Source of the DNA: an uncultured Francisella sp.
GTDB lineage: Bacteria > Pseudomonadota > Gammaproteobacteria > Burkholderiales > Neisseriaceae
Reading direction: 5' to 3'
DNA length: 25,887 bases
Assembly (NCBI GenBank): GCA_905373555.1
Contig: CAJPTP010000001.1
Location: 1 to 25,887 of the forward strand
Program-made: the position numbers and the translations under genes
Notes under the pieces: model-generated
What the model was told of the DNA's origin: nothing
Seen by the model: the letters and a program-made list of their open reading frames with translations, nothing else
Databases searched by the model: none
Shown here: one piece after another, positions 25,833-25,887 of the stretch
Layout of the letters: each line of letters opens with the position of its first letter
Position numbering within the stretch: position 1 is the first letter of the stretch

Positions 25833-25887
25833 GCCAAGCAAGCGAGCTTGGGGCCCGCCGGTCGCGCGCCTCCGCGGCTTTTACTTT

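Overview
A GC-rich (roughly two-thirds G+C by eye) chromosomal segment from a betaproteobacterium. Its proteins read as close relatives of Neisseriaceae orthologues (GapA-1-type GAPDH, AspS, ThiE, DUF502, PTS IIA/HPr). In order it holds yciB (partial, missed by the ORF track), gap, a ThiF/MoeB enzyme, a large DUF3683 FAD/Fe-S oxidoreductase, an unknown membrane protein, a Pcm-family protein, an orphan M.HpaII-like C5 DNA methyltransferase, a secreted Cys-containing unknown, a membrane J-domain protein, an NlpD-like lipoprotein, thiE, rpsT, DUF502, aspS, thrB, an M23 peptidase, hpt, gltS, PTS IIA and ptsH. I see no CRISPR, tRNA/rRNA, transposase, integrase or phage genes, and no clear new multi-gene system. 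The most striking unexplained signal is window-wide: CCWGG is replaced by CTTGG/CCAAG in a context-specific way, visible in synonymous codon choice, and the local methyltransferase does not obviously explain it. Other leads are a structured gltS leader, phased T/A tracts in long spacers, no Neisseriaceae DNA uptake sequences, frequent low-complexity protein extensions and several altered catalytic motifs. Family assignments come from recalled motifs and sequences, not database searches, and all counts are manual.
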